The notes: generated by a model from the sequence alone, not told the origin. DNA of 64,000 nucleotides from an uncultured Gammaproteobacteria bacterium (GCA_964402425.1 CAYOCD010000005.1:6064-70063), one strand, 5' to 3'; positions 1-10,022 are shown, numbered from the stretch's first letter. Numbers and translations: made by a program.

Positions 1-190
1 CGTCACCACACGCAGGTGAACCAACTTTTCCAATGGCATTATATTGTGTTTCATCCGCATTATTTTCCATGAAATTTTTTGGATGAAAAAAATGCTCTTT
101 CACAACATCTGTGTAGAACCAAGATTTGGTTTGATCATGAGAAGCGACGTCGCCTTGAGTACCCGCAACAGGTTCTTGTTTATGAGACAT
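1..190 (-). CDS. iscU: Fe-S cluster scaffold protein NifU/IscU-like, N-terminal part (gene runs off window start)
   Basis: Minus-strand translation from ATG at 188-190: MSHKQEPVAGTQGDVASHDQTKSWFYTDVVKEHFFHPKNFMENNADETQYNAIGKVGSPACGD, containing the IscU-type G-SPACGD motif. Starts 5 nt after the iscS stop, so likely the same operon. Confidence 0.7.
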   Translation of the reverse strand, partial: MSHKQEPVAGTQGDVASHDQTKSWFYTDVVKEHFFHPKNFMENNADETQYNAIGKVGSPACGD

Positions 191-194
191 AACG

Positions 195-1394
195 TTAGAG
201 CCAATATTTTTCATCCACACTTACGGGACTAATTGAACGAAGTGTTTGCACGAGAGGTGGAAGTGTTTTTAAGACGTAGTCGATATCAGCCTCTGTTGTT
301 GTGTGCCCAAGCGAGAAGCGCATGGAACCATGCGCAACCTCATAAGGAAATCCGAGAGCAAGAATCACATGAGACGGATCAAGAGATGCGGAAGTGCACG
401 CACTCCCGGTTGAAGCATAAATTCCAGCCGCATCAAGATACAAAAGAAGGGCTTCTCCTTCAATATCTATAAACGAAATATTTACATTGTTTGGTAAACG
501 ATGTGTACGATCACCATTCACGCGTGTGCGTGGAATAGATTCTAAAATGCCGTTTATAAGTTTATCGCGAAGTGGAATCAGTCGTATTGTCTCGGTATTT
601 TTTTCTTCTTGAACGATCTTGAACGCTTTTGCGAATCCGACGATCCCCGCAACATCTTCTGTTCCCGGTCTGAGACCACGCTCTTGCGCACCACCAAACA
701 TGAGAGGCTCGAGTTTGATTCCACGTTTCACATAAAGTAATCCTGTTCCTTTTGGTCCGTATATTTTTGGACTGTTCATGGTTAACATGTCGACATGCAA
801 CTTTTCTACGTTCATGTCGAGATACGCTGCCGCTTGGCATGCATCTGTGTGGAACACAAGATGCGGTAACTTATGTTCCTCGCGATATTTTTGAATCATG
901 TTTCCAATTTCTACAATGGGTTGAATCGTTCCAACTTCGTTATTGGCATACATGATCGAAACAAGAATTGTGTCTTCGGTCAATGCATCTTCGATCTGCT
1001 TCGGATCGATTATTCCCTCTTTACTTGGTTTCAAATACGTCACGCGAAATCCTTCTTTCTTTTCAAGACGAATGCAGGCTTCAAGCACCGCATGGTGTTC
1101 AAATGCGGTTGTGATGATGTGTGTACCGAACTGTTTGTTCATGCGCGCATAGCCAAGAATGGCGAGGTTGTCAGATTCTGTTCCGCCGGACGTAAACAAA
1201 AGTTCATCTGGACGAACATGTAAACAGTTCGCCATTGAAGCACGAGCTTCTCGTAATGCATCCGTCGCAACCTTTCCACGAGAATGAAAACTTGAAGGAT
1301 TGCCGTATTTATCTTTTAGGTACGGCAACATCACCTCCAAAACACGAGGATCAAGTGGGGTTGTTGCAGCGTGGTCAAGATAGATATCAGACAT
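195..1394 (-). CDS. iscS: cysteine desulfurase (class V aminotransferase, IscS/NifS family)
   Basis: 406-aa ORF, MSDIYLDHAATTPLDPRVLEVMLPYL...SSFHSRGKVATDALREAR...HVDMLTMNSPKIYGPKGTGLLYV. Start taken at second Met (1394) by analogy with IscS N-termini; 1415 also possible. Confidence 0.9.
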   Translation of the reverse strand: MSDIYLDHAATTPLDPRVLEVMLPYLKDKYGNPSSFHSRGKVATDALREARASMANCLHVRPDELLFTSGGTESDNLAILGYARMNKQFGTHIITTAFEHHAVLEACIRLEKKEGFRVTYLKPSKEGIIDPKQIEDALTEDTILVSIMYANNEVGTIQPIVEIGNMIQKYREEHKLPHLVFHTDACQAAAYLDMNVEKLHVDMLTMNSPKIYGPKGTGLLYVKRGIKLEPLMFGGAQERGLRPGTEDVAGIVGFAKAFKIVQEEKNTETIRLIPLRDKLINGILESIPRTRVNGDRTHRLPNNVNISFIDIEGEALLLYLDAAGIYASTGSACTSASLDPSHVILALGFPYEVAHGSMRFSLGHTTTEADIDYVLKTLPPLVQTLRSISPVSVDEKYWL

Positions 1395-1410
1395 AATGTT
1401 GAGAGAGTGT

Positions 1411-1440
1411 ATCAAAAAAGCCGCTGAAAATCAACGGCTT
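1411..1440 (-). terminator. rho-independent terminator after VIT gene
   Basis: Minus-strand hairpin AAGCCGTTGATTTTCAGCGGCTT followed by TTTTTT (A-run 1414-1419 on + strand). Confidence 0.5.
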
Positions 1441-1478
1441 TACCCTAAAGCGAAAACTCTTGGGTTTTTTTGCGTTGT

Positions 1479-2030
1479 TTATAACATGATAGGAACACCA
1501 AAGTTTTCACTAATGAATCTTCCGATCAGATATCCGATCAGTGCGGCTGAAAGGGAAACTATTACCATTTCAAATCCACTACGTACAAATGAACGTTTGG
1601 TAAAAATACCTGACCATGCTCCAACAATAAACAAAGATACAACAGTGAGAAGAATGGATGGTAAAAGTGCCCTAGAAATTGAGAGGAAAAAATACGGAGC
1701 AAGTGGGATAAACCCACCAAGAACATAAGAGACCCACATGACCAAAGCTCCACGAATGGGATGATTTTTAACATGGTGTTTTTTTCTTCCCTGTTCTTTC
1801 TCCCATTCATCTTCAGCCCCTTCTGCCGATCGAGAAGAAAGATAGCTTCCTGCGGCCATGGATGTACTTTCCGCCGCAATCAACACAAATCCGGAAAGAA
1901 TAACAACATATGTATTTTGTGTTCCCACAGCGATTCCTGTAATGGTTCCAAGAGTTGAAACGAGAGAATCTTCAAGACCAAACACAAGTTCGCGCATGGA
2001 TGAAAGAATAAAATGTCGAAACGATTTCAT
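1479..2030 (-). CDS. VIT1/CCC1-family (DUF125) iron/manganese transporter
   Basis: MKSFRHFILSSMRELVFGLEDSLVSTLGTITGIAVGT...ILSGFVLIAAESTSMAAGSYLSS; acidic loop EGAEDEWEKEQ; C-terminal TM helices. The longer ORF to 2396 is rejected because it runs antisense through tRNA-Cys; ATG at 2028-2030. Confidence 0.75.
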   Translation of the reverse strand: MKSFRHFILSSMRELVFGLEDSLVSTLGTITGIAVGTQNTYVVILSGFVLIAAESTSMAAGSYLSSRSAEGAEDEWEKEQGRKKHHVKNHPIRGALVMWVSYVLGGFIPLAPYFFLSISRALLPSILLTVVSLFIVGAWSGIFTKRSFVRSGFEMVIVSLSAALIGYLIGRFISENFGVPIML

Positions 2031-2111
2031 ACGTATTAAAACAAAAAAATTGATCAAACTTACCTCATCTAAGTTAACAAAACATTTTAAAAGCTGAACC
2101 TTGAAAAAGGT

Positions 2112-2141
2112 TTGAAACATTTGTCTAAACGCTAGTATACC
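2112..2141 (+). promoter_or_regulatory. sigma70-like promoter upstream of tRNA-Cys
   Basis: TTGAAA (2112-2117) ... TAGTAT/TATACC (2133-2141), about 55 nt upstream of the tRNA. Confidence 0.35.
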
Positions 2142-2194
2142 CGAACTCTTGATTCTCGAGAAAGAATTTGATACATTTCCATCGTCTTCAATTT

Positions 2195-2270
2195 GGCCTG
2201 ATGGCGAAGTGGTTAACGCGGCGGTCTGCAAAACCGCTATGCGAGGGTTCAACCCCCTCTCAGGCCTCCA
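2195..2270 (+). tRNA. tRNA-Cys (anticodon GCA), CCA encoded
   Basis: Manual fold: acceptor GGCCTGA/TCAGGCC 7 bp, anticodon stem GCGGT/ACCGC with loop CTGCAAA, T-arm GAGGG-TTCAACC-CCCTC, discriminator T then CCA. D-stem has 3 bp plus an A.A mismatch. Confidence 0.85.
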
Positions 2271-2329
2271 CCCTCTGACGCAACAAACAGATATTTGTTG
2301 AATCGAATGGTGGATTTTAGGAGGTATTC

Positions 2330-2530
2330 GTGTCGTTCTTTCTGTTTCTTCTATTCGGGGGATTATCGATCGTTTCTTATTATACAGAATGGCCACTATG
2401 GCTCACCATTACGTTTGCAATCCTGTCTGCTCTCTCACTTCTCTTCTTTCTTGCAAAAAGCCGCGTACATGGAGACATCCTTACTGATGCAACCGACTCA
2501 ATCCCTGATTTTATCGACTTTGATGACTAA
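2330..2530 (+). CDS. small hypothetical membrane protein (66 aa, two predicted TM helices)
   Basis: GGAGG 6 nt upstream of a GTG start; MSFFLFLLFGGLSIVSYYTEWPLWLTITFAILSALSLLFFLAKS...; followed immediately by a terminator. Confidence 0.4.
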   Translation: MSFFLFLLFGGLSIVSYYTEWPLWLTITFAILSALSLLFFLAKSRVHGDILTDATDSIPDFIDFDD

Positions 2531-2552
2531 CTCGCAATGGGCGAGTTTTTTT
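2531..2552 (+). terminator. rho-independent terminator
   Basis: CTCGC-AATGG-GCGAG followed by TTTTTTT. Confidence 0.55.
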
Positions 2553-2560
2553 AAAACAAA

Positions 2561-2594
2561 AACACCCGAGCATGTGCTCGAGTGTTTTTGTTTT
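2561..2594. terminator. bidirectional terminator hairpin
   Basis: Near-palindrome CACCCGAGCA-TG-TGCTCGAGTG flanked by AAAACAAAAA on the left and TTTTTGTTTT on the right; serves the convergent 3D-domain gene on the minus strand and the small ORF on the plus strand. Confidence 0.5.
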
Positions 2595-3252
2595 AAAAGA
2601 CTTCAACGGTTGCGTATTTTAATCCAAACTTTCTTGCTTCTTTAATATCCTTCATCCAAAAATCCATACGCTTATCATATCGGGCGTTCATACGGTCTTG
2701 AACCGTAAAGATGCGGTCGCCGTATAATTCAGGAATACGCACACGCGTTCCAAGTGGCAAAAAATTTGCCGCAACAACGTCTTCCTGATTGCGTTCACAA
2801 ACATTCATTCCTGATGCTGTAATACAAGGAGTATCATCGGTCTGTGCAGGATCTGACGTGTAAGCCGTCATTGGAATGGTGAACGTTTTGCGAGGACGAA
2901 TATCTTCAGAAACAGGAAGATTACCGTAAGGTTTTGTTTTGTTTTCCATCTCATTAATCATGAGAGCGACGGTTTTATGTTGCGTGGCTTGTTGACTGGG
3001 CGCCATATCCGCATTTGCCATTGCTGGAAAAAAAACATAAGAACCAATCATAACAACAAAGGCAACCACAGAGACATCAAAGGTGTGCTTTCGCACAAAA
3101 ACGATCTTTTGTGTCAATCTCATCAAGAAATTGGATGCGTAAAAAGCAACTGTTCGCACATATCCAAAATCGTTATCCCAAATAAAAGAGATTGTTTTGT
3201 TGATGTTCTTTTGAATTGTGTTTAAATCCTTTGTTAAGCGTTTATTTGTCAT
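2593..3252 (-). CDS. 3D-domain (MltA-like) cell-wall protein with N-terminal TM anchor
   Basis: C-terminal ...TASGMNV...VVAANFLPLGTRVRIPELYGDRIFTVQDRMNARYDKRMDFWMKD... matches the 3D domain signature with three conserved Asp; N-terminal hydrophobic helix. Confidence 0.7.
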   Translation of the reverse strand: MTNKRLTKDLNTIQKNINKTISFIWDNDFGYVRTVAFYASNFLMRLTQKIVFVRKHTFDVSVVAFVVMIGSYVFFPAMANADMAPSQQATQHKTVALMINEMENKTKPYGNLPVSEDIRPRKTFTIPMTAYTSDPAQTDDTPCITASGMNVCERNQEDVVAANFLPLGTRVRIPELYGDRIFTVQDRMNARYDKRMDFWMKDIKEARKFGLKYATVEVF

Positions 3253-3418
3253 ACCCGACGCTTCCTTCCTCCTACAGAAGATGCATTGGGCAGGGCAAAT
3301 ATCTTTTCATCAAAAAACCCTGTTTCCAGAGTGGCACAATCGTACCATAAAAACGGGATTTTGTCAATGGTTTTAGGAGGGTAGCAACTCTTTTTTTCGC
3401 TCAACAAAGCAAAAGTGG

Positions 3419-3440
3419 CCTTGTGGATGCCTTGTGGATT
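3419..3440. repeat. tandem direct repeat CCTTGTGGATG x2 in the PBP1A upstream region
   Basis: ccttgtggatg ccttgtggatt; each copy contains a TGTGGAT core (DnaA-box-like, 2 mismatches). Confidence 0.5.
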
Positions 3441-3482
3441 TTTTTGTAAAATTTGGGGAAATCGGGTATTCTAGACCTACTT

Positions 3483-6446
3483 ATGTCACAACACATTTAT
3501 AATAAACAAAGCTGGAAAAAATCAGGTCGCCCCCTCTCTGTTCCTCGTAAAATTTGGGAGACTTTCAGAAAAACGGCCATTGGAAAAAATCTTTGGCTTA
3601 TTTTTCTTTTTTTTGTCATTTTAGGATCTCTTTTTGCTCTCGGTCTCTTTGCTCTTGCAAGTCGCAATCTTCCAAGTCCAAGCAGCTTAACAGAAAGAAG
3701 AGTCTCACAAACAACTAAAATTTACGACCGTACAGGCGAACATTTATTATATGAAATTGCTGGAAATGAAAATCGCACGCTTAAACAATTTCAGTCCGGG
3801 TTTTGTGAACCAAATAATACAAACCTCTCATTAGATCCAAAAGGGATTCCTCTTTACGCGGTTCAAGCAACGATCGCTGCAGAAGATCGAAAATTTTGTG
3901 AACATGGTGGTTTTGACGTCAAAGGACTTGCGCGCGCCGTCTTTTTAAACCTGATTGGTCAACGCGTTGGTGGATCCACTCTTACACAACAACTTGTTAA
4001 AAATGCCATTCTTTCAAACGAAAAAACATATACACGTAAAATCAAAGAATTAATTCTTTCAATTGGACTTGAACAAAAGTATTCCAAAGATGAAATTCTC
4101 CAAATTTATTTCAATGAAATTCCTTATGGTTCAAGTTATTATGGAATTGAAGCCGCATCGCAAAACTTTTTTGGAAAATCCGTAAACGAATTATCTGTTG
4201 CGGAAGCCGCAACGCTTGCCGCCCTCCCAAAAGCCCCAACAACATATTTAAACAATCCAGACATGCTTCAAGCGCGTCGTAATTATATTTTAGGAGAAAT
4301 GCAAAAACTTGGTTTCATTGATAAAACAACTGTCGATTCTGCAAAATCTGCAGATACAGCTGTAAATATTCGCTTAACAAATATTACAGCTCCGCATTTT
4401 GTCATGGATGTAAAAGCAAAGCTGGAAGAAGATTATGGGAGACGCCATGTTGAAGAAGGAGGACTTCGTGTTATTACAACATTAGATTATGAACTCCAAA
4501 AAATCGCAGAAGAAGAAGTGAAAAATGGAGTTGAGGCCCGATCAGAACAATATGGATTTTCCAATGCATCCCTTGTTGCACAAGATCCAAAAACAGGACA
4601 AATCTTGGCTCTTGTGGGTTCGAAAGATTTCTTTGATAAAACAATTGATGGGCAAGTAAATGTTTCAACACGTCTTAGACAACCTGGTTCAAGTTTCAAA
4701 CCAATCGTTTTTGCAAAAGCTTTTGAACAAGGCTATACCCCAAATACCGTTCTTTGGGATGTCACAACAAACTTTCCAACAGATGTAGGTCAATACACCC
4801 CGAACAACTATGACTTAAAGGAACGCGGACCAATCATGATGAGAGACGCACTTCAAATGTCTCTTAATATTCCTGCTGTAAAAACAGTTTATCTGGTTGG
4901 TGTGGAACAGACTCTCGATTTTGCAACATCGCTTGGATATAGTTCATTTTCAAATCATGCCAATTTCGGTTTATCTATTGTTCTTGGAGGTGGAGAAGTA
5001 AAACTTGTTGAACATGTAAATACATATGCAACTTTTGCGAATGATGGAAAATTACATGAACAAGTATCGATTTTGAGAGTAGAAGATGCAAATGGAAGTA
5101 TTCTTTCTGAATGGAAACAAAAAGATCCAAAACAAGTTATAAGTGAAAATGCGGCACACATGATTTCAAATGTCTTGTCAGATAACAATGCTCGCGTTCC
5201 CGTTTTTGGTGCAAAAAGTTCCTTACAACTTGGTGATAGACCTGTCGCAGCAAAGTCTGGAACAACGAATGATTATCACGATGCATGGCTTATGGGATAT
5301 ACCCCCTCACTCGCAGCGGGTGTGTGGGTCGGAAATAATAATAACAAAGCCATGAAAAACAGAGCGGATGGATCTATTGTTGCAGGACCTATTTGGAATG
5401 CATTCATGAAACGTGCTCATGAAAAAACCCCAAATACAGCATTTCCAACCCCAGACATTCACCCAACAGGAAAACCCGTTCTTGATGGCTCTCTTGGAGC
5501 ACAAACACTTATTATTGATCGTGCTTCTCAAAAACTTGCTACTGAATTTACACCTGACACCTATAAAGAATCACGTGTGTATGGTGGATATCACGAAATT
5601 TTACATTTTGTTACCCCCTCAGAACCACAAGGATCTATTCCAGAAAAACCAGAAAATGATCCACACTATGCAGCCTGGGAAGCAGGCTTACAGACATGGC
5701 TTCAAAAACGACAACAAGAAACCGGAATACAACTCATCACAACAAACCCACCAACAGAACAAGATGATCTTCACATTCCATCGAACACACCAACTATTCA
5801 TATTCAATCCCCCATCAATAACACAATTATTAATAACTATTCACTCCCTGTTTCTCTCACAGCTTCTGCCCCACGAGGTATTTCGCATGTGGAATACTAC
5901 ATCGATGAATACTTTATCGGCTCCGTGCGTAATGGATTATTTGATACAGTTCTTACCATTCCAAACACCATTCCAAAAGGAATACACTCACTAAAAGCTG
6001 TTGCTTATGATGATATCGATAACAGTGCCTCAGATGTTGTCAGTATTCAAATAGAAGCAGAAACGCAAGAAAACATCCTCAGCCTTATTGATCCAAAAAA
6101 CGGTCAGATCATTGAAAAAACTTCTGGCTCCTATACCGTTGTTACAACCTTGAAAAATCCGCAAAGTATTTCAGCCGTCACCATCTTTGCAGAACAAGTT
6201 GGAACACAAACAAAAACAATCATCGGACACTTCACAGATCCAACATCTCCATTTGTAACAACTGAGTGGAATATTCCAAGTTCTGGTAAATGGGTTTTAT
6301 CTGCAACAGCTCAATCTAAATCCATTCCAGAAGTATTTACGACAGGTGGAAACGTCATAGAAATCAGAGGCTCTTTTTCTTCAGTACCTTCTAATACGTC
6401 AGAGATTTTTAAACCATCTCATTCACTTGATCCGTTCACACAATAA
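3483..6446 (+). CDS. mrcA: class A penicillin-binding protein 1A (glycosyltransferase plus transpeptidase) with roughly 330-aa C-terminal beta-sandwich extension
   Basis: GT51 motifs EDRKFCEHGG and GGSTLTQQ; TP motif SSFKP; N-terminal TM. ATG at 3483 preferred over the TTG at 3453. Confidence 0.9.
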   Translation: MSQHIYNKQSWKKSGRPLSVPRKIWETFRKTAIGKNLWLIFLFFVILGSLFALGLFALASRNLPSPSSLTERRVSQTTKIYDRTGEHLLYEIAGNENRTLKQFQSGFCEPNNTNLSLDPKGIPLYAVQATIAAEDRKFCEHGGFDVKGLARAVFLNLIGQRVGGSTLTQQLVKNAILSNEKTYTRKIKELILSIGLEQKYSKDEILQIYFNEIPYGSSYYGIEAASQNFFGKSVNELSVAEAATLAALPKAPTTYLNNPDMLQARRNYILGEMQKLGFIDKTTVDSAKSADTAVNIRLTNITAPHFVMDVKAKLEEDYGRRHVEEGGLRVITTLDYELQKIAEEEVKNGVEARSEQYGFSNASLVAQDPKTGQILALVGSKDFFDKTIDGQVNVSTRLRQPGSSFKPIVFAKAFEQGYTPNTVLWDVTTNFPTDVGQYTPNNYDLKERGPIMMRDALQMSLNIPAVKTVYLVGVEQTLDFATSLGYSSFSNHANFGLSIVLGGGEVKLVEHVNTYATFANDGKLHEQVSILRVEDANGSILSEWKQKDPKQVISENAAHMISNVLSDNNARVPVFGAKSSLQLGDRPVAAKSGTTNDYHDAWLMGYTPSLAAGVWVGNNNNKAMKNRADGSIVAGPIWNAFMKRAHEKTPNTAFPTPDIHPTGKPVLDGSLGAQTLIIDRASQKLATEFTPDTYKESRVYGGYHEILHFVTPSEPQGSIPEKPENDPHYAAWEAGLQTWLQKRQQETGIQLITTNPPTEQDDLHIPSNTPTIHIQSPINNTIINNYSLPVSLTASAPRGISHVEYYIDEYFIGSVRNGLFDTVLTIPNTIPKGIHSLKAVAYDDIDNSASDVVSIQIEAETQENILSLIDPKNGQIIEKTSGSYTVVTTLKNPQSISAVTIFAEQVGTQTKTIIGHFTDPTSPFVTTEWNIPSSGKWVLSATAQSKSIPEVFTTGGNVIEIRGSFSSVPSNTSEIFKPSHSLDPFTQ

Positions 6447-6448
6447 AT

Positions 6449-6483
6449 AAAAAAACAGTCTCGACGTTCGAGACTGTTTTTTT
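6449..6483. terminator. bidirectional terminator between convergent PBP1A and dnaN
   Basis: CAGTCTCGA-CGT-TCGAGACTG perfect stem flanked by an A-run and TTTTTTT. Confidence 0.7.
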
Positions 6484-6485
6484 AT

Positions 6486-7622
6486 TTATTGCTTGATAGG
6501 CATCACAATATATCGATGTTCGTTTGGCTTGTCTTTTGTTGTAAGAAGACAAGGGTTTGATGCATCAATCATTTGAAACAAGATTTGATCTCCGGACATA
6601 GATTGGAGACCATCTAAAAGATAGCGGAAATTAACCGTTACCGAATTATTCACGCCGGAAATATCTGCATCACATGTTGTTGTATTTTCTCCACGATTTA
6701 CATCAAGCGCCTGAACACTGACACGCTTATCTGAAGGTGAAAATAAGAGTGTTACATCAAACAATCCATTTTTTGAAAAAAGACTTGCTGTTTTTACAGC
6801 CTTTAAGAAATCATCACGATCAACCGTTGCTTGAGTCTGAAATTGTTTTGGAATGATTTGTTCGTAATCAGGATAATTTTCTTCAATCGTTCTTGAAACA
6901 AGCTCAACTGGGCCATACATGAATACAACCTGATTTTGTTTTACTTGCATGGTTATATAGGAAGGTAAATCAACCCCATCACGGAACACAGATAAAATAC
7001 GACTTACTTCTGAAAGTGTTTTTGCTGGAATAACCACACGAAAGTCTTGGACAGGACCACTTGTTACCGGAATTGTCTTCTCAGACAATCGATATGAATC
7101 GGTCGTTGCAAGAGTCAATCTCATCTCTTGCTGAAAGGGGTAAAAATGCATCAGGACACCTGTAAGTTCTGGACGTGACTCATTCGTTGCAACAGAAAAC
7201 AAAACCTGTGAAAGAGCAGTTTTTAAATCATCGATTGGAATCTGAAAACTCATTTCACCCTCCACTTTTGGAACAAGCGGAAAATCCGCTGCGTTCATTC
7301 CATGTATTTTTGTTTTGTGTCCTCCACACTCCACAAGAACTTGATCGCCATTTGTTTCAAGATGAATAACTTCATTTGGAAGCAAGGAAACGTAATCAAA
7401 AAACAATTTAGAAGGGATTGTAAATTCCCCTTGCTCATCAATTTTTCCTCGAACAGAACAGTTAATAGCAATTTCAAGATTTGTTGCGGTAAATCGCACA
7501 ATTCCTCCGTCCGCTTTTACGAGAACGTTTTGAAGAATAGGAAGATTCACATTTTTTGTCACTAAGTGACTTGTGATACTTAATCCTTGATGGAGGTTTT
7601 CTTGTGTGCAGGAAATCTTCAT
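6486..7622 (-). CDS. dnaN: DNA polymerase III beta sliding clamp
   Basis: 378 aa; MKISCTQENLHQGLSITSHL...GVLMHFYPFQQEMRLTLATTDSYRLSEK..., immediately downstream of dnaA. Confidence 0.95.
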   Translation of the reverse strand: MKISCTQENLHQGLSITSHLVTKNVNLPILQNVLVKADGGIVRFTATNLEIAINCSVRGKIDEQGEFTIPSKLFFDYVSLLPNEVIHLETNGDQVLVECGGHKTKIHGMNAADFPLVPKVEGEMSFQIPIDDLKTALSQVLFSVATNESRPELTGVLMHFYPFQQEMRLTLATTDSYRLSEKTIPVTSGPVQDFRVVIPAKTLSEVSRILSVFRDGVDLPSYITMQVKQNQVVFMYGPVELVSRTIEENYPDYEQIIPKQFQTQATVDRDDFLKAVKTASLFSKNGLFDVTLLFSPSDKRVSVQALDVNRGENTTTCDADISGVNNSVTVNFRYLLDGLQSMSGDQILFQMIDASNPCLLTTKDKPNEHRYIVMPIKQ

Positions 7623-7872
7623 AGGTTTTAGTTCTTTGGTTTAGAAAAAGAACTAAAGATAATGATAAGGGTGTGGATGAACTGTATAACTTTCTATTAA
7701 GCACTGTGTTAAGCAATTTTTTCGGAAAATTTCTTGTGGATGATTGTTGTGGAAAGGTGTGTGTAAAAATGTGGATAGAAATTTTACACAATTGACCTTC
7801 TTTTTGTCCCTCTTTTTTCCACAATGTTATCCAAATGGTTATCCATTTTTTACACACAAGGATAACATGTGA
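7623..7872. promoter_or_regulatory. dnaA-dnaN intergenic DnaA-box cluster (candidate oriC module)
   Basis: Several 9-mers within 1-2 mismatches of TTATCCACA/TGTGGATAA: TGTGGATGA x2, TGTGGATAG, TTTTCCACA, TTATCCAAA, TTATCCATT, in AT-rich sequence. Confidence 0.6.
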
Positions 7873-9288
7873 TTACGTTGTGTATAAACGTTGTTTAATA
7901 AGCTCAAGATCGTGTTGAAGTTTTTCGTCTCCTGTTAAACACTCCGAAATTTTTTCATACGCATGCATGGCTGTTGTGTGATCGCGTCCACCAAGCTCGT
8001 TTCCAATCGAAGGATAACTCGATTTCATCTCTTCTCGCATAAGATACATGATGATTTGTCTTGGAAACGCGAGTTTTTTCTCTCGGCTCTTTCCCAATAA
8101 ATCTTCTATACGAATATCAAAATAGATGGAAACTGTATGAATCAGTTGTTTTGGTGTGATGTTCTTTTTGAGAGAGGATGGTTGGAAACTGGTAAGAATT
8201 GGTTTGACAGTATCGAGTGTTGGACGAACATTTTTGAATTGGTGAAATGCAATCACTTTGTTTAATGCACCTTCGAGTTCTCGAACGTTTGTTTGTACAA
8301 TAGAAGCAATATGATTGAGAATATCATGTTCAATTTGATACACCTTTTCTCTACATTTTGACTCCAAAATTGCAACACGTGTTTCAAAATCTGGCGAACC
8401 AACATCTGCCATCATTCCCTGTTCAAGACGAGAAGAAAGACGTGCTTCAAGGGATGGGATCGCTTTTGGAGGACGATCTGAAGAAAAAACAAGTTGTTTA
8501 TTGTTTTGGAACAGTTGATTGAATGTATGAAAAAACTCTTCCTGTGTACTCTCTTTTCCTCCAAGAAATTGAATATCATCAATAAGAAGTGTATCAACCA
8601 TGCGATATCGATTCTTAAAATCATTCATTTTACCTGTGCGAAGGGCAGATACGTAATCATTTGTGAAGCGTTCACAAGTAATATAAAGGATACGAAGATT
8701 AGGGTTTTTCCGTAAAAGTTCGTTTCCAATTGCTTGAAGCAAGTGTGTTTTTCCAAGTCCTACACCTCCATAAATATAAAGAGGATTATAAACTCCACCC
8801 GGTTGACTGGATACAGCTTGCGCAGCTGCATGAGCAAGTTCATTTTGTTTTCCAACGATAAATGTTTCAAAACAATATTTTCCGTTTAATGAAAATTCAC
8901 CTGTTCGATTTTCTTGGATTTCTGATGGTTGTTCCGTAAAAAAATCTTTCGGTGTTTGTACTGGTGGCTCTTGTTGTTGAATGAAAACAGGTTGTGGTTC
9001 TGTTTTTCCTACAACAGGAACATTTTGAGCAGGAATTTGTCGTGTTTCAACACGAAAAGCAACATGTTTGATGTTTCCTCCTGTATGTTCTTGAACAGAC
9101 TTAATAATTTCACGTGCATGCTTCTTTTCAAGCCATGTAAGCGTAAACATGTTTGGAACACCAATCGTAAGAGAGTGTTCTGTTATTTCAGAAATAAATG
9201 TGCTTTTGAACCAAGTCGTGAAATTAGCTTTACTCAGTGACAATTCAAGTTCACCAAGAACAGCTTGCCAGAGTTCGATCGTGTTCAT
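7873..9288 (-). CDS. dnaA: chromosomal replication initiator DnaA
   Basis: 471 aa; Walker A GGVGLGKTHLLQAIGNE; C-terminal DNA-binding domain ...AFPRQIIMYLMREEMKSSYPSIGNELGGRDHTTAMHAYEKI... Confidence 0.97.
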   Translation of the reverse strand: MNTIELWQAVLGELELSLSKANFTTWFKSTFISEITEHSLTIGVPNMFTLTWLEKKHAREIIKSVQEHTGGNIKHVAFRVETRQIPAQNVPVVGKTEPQPVFIQQQEPPVQTPKDFFTEQPSEIQENRTGEFSLNGKYCFETFIVGKQNELAHAAAQAVSSQPGGVYNPLYIYGGVGLGKTHLLQAIGNELLRKNPNLRILYITCERFTNDYVSALRTGKMNDFKNRYRMVDTLLIDDIQFLGGKESTQEEFFHTFNQLFQNNKQLVFSSDRPPKAIPSLEARLSSRLEQGMMADVGSPDFETRVAILESKCREKVYQIEHDILNHIASIVQTNVRELEGALNKVIAFHQFKNVRPTLDTVKPILTSFQPSSLKKNITPKQLIHTVSIYFDIRIEDLLGKSREKKLAFPRQIIMYLMREEMKSSYPSIGNELGGRDHTTAMHAYEKISECLTGDEKLQHDLELIKQRLYTT

Positions 9289-9524
9289 AACGACAATTTA
9301 TGAGAAAAAACAATTGAAATACACAGATGAAGGAGTTTGATGTGGACTAGTGTAACTATTTATCCACAAGTGAGCAAGAGTGAGAATTGTTTGTAAAGCT
9401 CTTGATAAGTTGTGGATAGCATGTTAGTATCTGTGTACTTGTCCTGGCTAGCCACCTATTGCTTTATTAGGTATAAAGCTGGTCAGAGAAACCTGTTTAT
9501 CTTCAAAAGATTAATGTCGATTCT
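9289..9524. promoter_or_regulatory. dnaA upstream region with DnaA boxes; divergent rpmH promoter
   Basis: Perfect TTATCCACA at about 9359 and TGTGGATAG at about 9411, plus GATGTGGAC; candidate rpmH promoter TTGCTT...TATAAA. Confidence 0.55.
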
Positions 9525-9677
9525 ATGCCAAAGCGCACCCACCAACCAAAGAAGCTTAAACGCGTAAGAACACACGGTTTTCTTAAGCGAATGAGCACAA
9601 AAAACGGCCGAGAAGTTATTGCTCGTCGTCGTGCAAAAGGCCGCAAACGCCTTGCTCCAAAAGCAACAAGTAAATAA
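9525..9677 (+). CDS. rpmH: 50S ribosomal protein L34
   Basis: [50 protein letters not shown]; absent from the six-frame track because it is short; classic rpmH-rnpA order. Confidence 0.9.
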   Translation: MPKRTHQPKKLKRVRTHGFLKRMSTKNGREVIARRRAKGRKRLAPKATSK

Positions 9678-9683
9678 ACCCCT

Positions 9684-10022
9684 GTGTTTCCTTCCGTAAA
9701 TCGCTTACGAAATGAAAAAGATATCAAAACACTCTTCTCAAAAGGTAAGAGTGTTTTTGATGTCACGCTCGGCATCCGTTTTGCACCAAATAACCTTCCA
9801 ATTACACGTTTTACCGTTGTTGTCGGGACAAAAATCTCGAAACGGGCTGTGGTTCGAAACAAAATAAAGCGAAGAATACGTGGTATCGTTGAAAAGCGGC
9901 TCCTTGAGATCAAACCAGGGTTTGATGTACTATTCCTTGTAAAGAAGGAAACCATCGAACAAACACATAAACAGCTTGTTGAGCAGATTGAACGCATGTT
10001 TAAACGAGCAAAACTCGTATGA
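9684..10022 (+). CDS. rnpA: RNase P protein component
   Basis: 112 aa, basic; ...[16 protein letters not shown]...; follows rpmH. Confidence 0.85.
   Translation: MFPSVNRLRNEKDIKTLFSKGKSVFDVTLGIRFAPNNLPITRFTVVVGTKISKRAVVRNKIKRRIRGIVEKRLLEIKPGFDVLFLVKKETIEQTHKQLVEQIERMFKRAKLV

Noticed and set aside
2031-2396. N-terminal 122-aa extension of the VIT-family ORF
   Set aside because: Runs antisense through tRNA-Cys; the internal ATG at 2030 gives a normal VIT-family N-terminus.
9503-9997. 164-aa ORF on the minus strand
   Set aside because: Lies antisense across rpmH and rnpA, both of which have strong family-level matches; a compositional artefact.
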